Positions 62,014 through 64,000 of a stretch of DNA of 64,000 nt are shown here, piece by piece. Position 1 is the first letter of the stretch. Each line of letters opens with the position of its first letter. The translations under genes and the position numbers were made by a program. The DNA is from the human T2T-CHM13v2.0 reference genome, Homo sapiens, in the NCBI RefSeq assembly GCF_009914755.1, contig NC_060940.1; one strand, given 5' to 3'. Under the pieces are notes generated by a model that was given only the letters and a program-made list of their open reading frames with translations, was not told the DNA's origin and did no database searches.

Positions 62014-62143
62014 TATATTACACCTAACAGTATGCCCCACTAATGAATGAGGAAATAGGCTCAGAGAGGTTAAGTAACTATATTACACCTAACAGTATGC
62101 CCCACTAACGAATGAGGAAATAGGCTCAGAGAAGTTAAGTAAC
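62014..62143. repeat. Tandem duplication, 2 x 65 bp, inside a MIR
   Basis: Copies 62014-62078 and 62079-62143 differ at 2 positions. Confidence 0.93.
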
Positions 62144-63270
62144 TTGACGTCAGTTATCCAGCTACTAAGTAAAGAGGCAGGCTCTATGCAAGACTGATTC
62201 TTTAACCACTAAGTTCTACTACAATGTATTCTATTATTTTATGATTTCTTTATTTAATTATTAACAAGACCATCTATTTCTGAGACTCTAAATGTCTAGA
62301 GTCTATTATTTCATGCCCTGGACTCCTAGGTTGACCTCCTTCCGTCTCCGAAATGTCCAATGGGAAAAAACTTGTGGTATCTCCTGGACCCACCCCCTGC
62401 ATCCTGGCCAAGAACATCTCTACCTATCCCATTGCCCACATTTCCTGGGTACACACTGTCTGAGACACCCCTGGTCAGTGTTTGGCAAAATGTAGCCCAT
62501 GGATTCTACCATCAAAATCAGCTAAAGATTAAAGAATCACACTAGGATGTGGGCTGAGAGTTCTGTCTTGTTAACAAGCACCCCAGGTGGCCCGATGGGC
62601 CTCTGATCTGCATAGTGGTGGATGAACCTCGAGTGGCCAGACTCTAAGCTCAACAGGAGGGCTTAGGACACCTGCTGTTGGCCAAGAGTAAATCACATCC
62701 CAGTAACAGGTGCACACATTTCCTGCAAGATTTAATCTGGATTCCCATTCAATCTCCTCATCTAGTTCAGCTCTTTTTTCCCCATCCAGAAGCTCAAAGA
62801 TGTGTACTTATTGGAGGGCGAGTAGGAGAACTAGGAGGCTAACTTGCATGTCCCAGCTGCCTGAAGATGATTTAGAAGTTCAGGTTTGGAAGCACCTGAG
62901 TAGTAGCATGTACCGTGGTGTGCAAGAGAATTCTGTCCCCAAACATGAGCATGCAGTCAAGAATCTGTACACATTGGAGAAATGTGTACAGAAGGAAAGA
63001 AAGACTATCTTAAGTGAAAGAAAGAACCGTTGAGGGCTGGGCCTTTCCACCGTGGCTGTCTCCTGGCGCAGCCACTTGCAACCTTGGTATTAGAAAATTC
63101 TTTCTTTTTTGAACCCATTTCCTTCTGCAAGTAACTTTTGAAAGTTGCCTTCTAAACTAAAAGGTCTTAATCTTCTCCATAATTCATTCTTTCTCCTCCT
63201 TTCCATGCCTCCTCTCCCCACCCTCAGTGGGACTTGTTTTGTCTTTACTCTGGGATCAGAGTAAGAAATG

Positions 63271-63571
63271 AGCCAGGCACAGTGGCTCACACCTATAGTC
63301 CCAGCACTTTGGGAGGCAGAGCCTGGCAGTCGCTTGAGCTCAGGAGTTTGAGACCAGCTTGGGCAACATGATGAAGCCCTGTATCTATAAAAAATACAAA
63401 AATTGGGTGTGATGGCATGCATCTGTGGTCCCAGCTACTCAGGAAGCTGAGGTAGGAGGTTTGCTTGAGCCCAGGATGTTGAAGCTGCAGTGAGCCATGA
63501 TCGTGTCACTGCACTCCAGCCTGAGCAACATAGTGAGTCCCTTTCTCAAAAAAAAAAAAAAAAAAAAAAAA
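63271..63571 (+). mobile_element. AluJ (AluJb-like)
   Basis: Full Alu dimer with an A24-25 tail; flanks AAGAAATG/AAGGAATG resemble a TSD. Confidence 0.93.
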
Positions 63572-63795
63572 GGAATGGAGTCTAATGGGCCTCTACTGAT
63601 TATATGGCAGAGGTCCCCTCTATTGGCATAATTTTCTTCATTAAATGTTAAGTTGGGGCAGGGGGAAAAGGAGGACCAATGGCCTGAGTCCTTGGGCAAG
63701 TCACCAAATGTCTCTGAGACTCAGCATTCTCCTGGTAGGTTGCAATGTGCCTCTTTTATAAATTCTATGGTTTTCTCACCTGGCTGCTGTGGGGA

Positions 63796-64000
63796 TGTGT
63801 TAGCCCATTCTTGCAGCACTATAAAGAAATACCTGAGACTGGGTAATTTATAAAGAAAAGATGTTTAAACGGCTCATGGTTCTGCAGGCTTTATAGGAAG
63901 CATGGTGCTGGCATCTATCTACTCAGCTTCTAGGGAGGCCTCAGGAAGCTTACAATCATGTTGGAAGGCAAAGGGGCAGCAGGCACGTCACATGGCAAAA
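63796..64000 (-). mobile_element. MST-type MaLR LTR, cut by window edge
   Basis: CTATAAAGAAATACCTGAGACTGGGTAATTTATAAAG...GGCTCATGGTTCTGCAGGC. Confidence 0.88.

Overview
Primate (almost certainly human) genomic DNA: the IRX6 locus of the IrxB Iroquois cluster (human 16q12.2 from established knowledge). The only protein-coding gene is IRX6 on the + strand, in 6 coding exons (53251-53295, 54518-54775, 55478-55587, 55768-56075, 56882-57493, 58481-58488; 1341 nt = 446 aa + stop, with a TALE homeodomain, acidic tract and IRO box), under a CpG-island promoter. The upstream ~51 kb is a gene desert: a mosaic of Alu, MIR, L1, L2, MaLR/ERVL LTRs and hAT MITEs, one 7SL pseudogene, and several repeat-free, AT-rich, homeobox-motif-dense islands that look like conserved enhancers. 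Almost all supplied ORFs are spurious (alternative starts, repeats, GC-rich frames). I see no new multi-gene system. The best leads are post-transcriptional controls on IRX6 and cis-regulatory architecture. The first group comprises an intron-5 read-through/intronic poly(A) isoform with a 52-aa alternative C-terminus, an in-frame uORF separated from the CDS by one stop, a decoy 3' splice site beside a G-tract, and two NAGNAG acceptors. The second includes a perfect 3x22-bp homeodomain-site repeat, inverted motif pairs and DUX4-motif THE1 LTRs. Repeat subfamily names come from remembered consensus sequences, repeat boundaries are approximate, and conservation could not be tested here.
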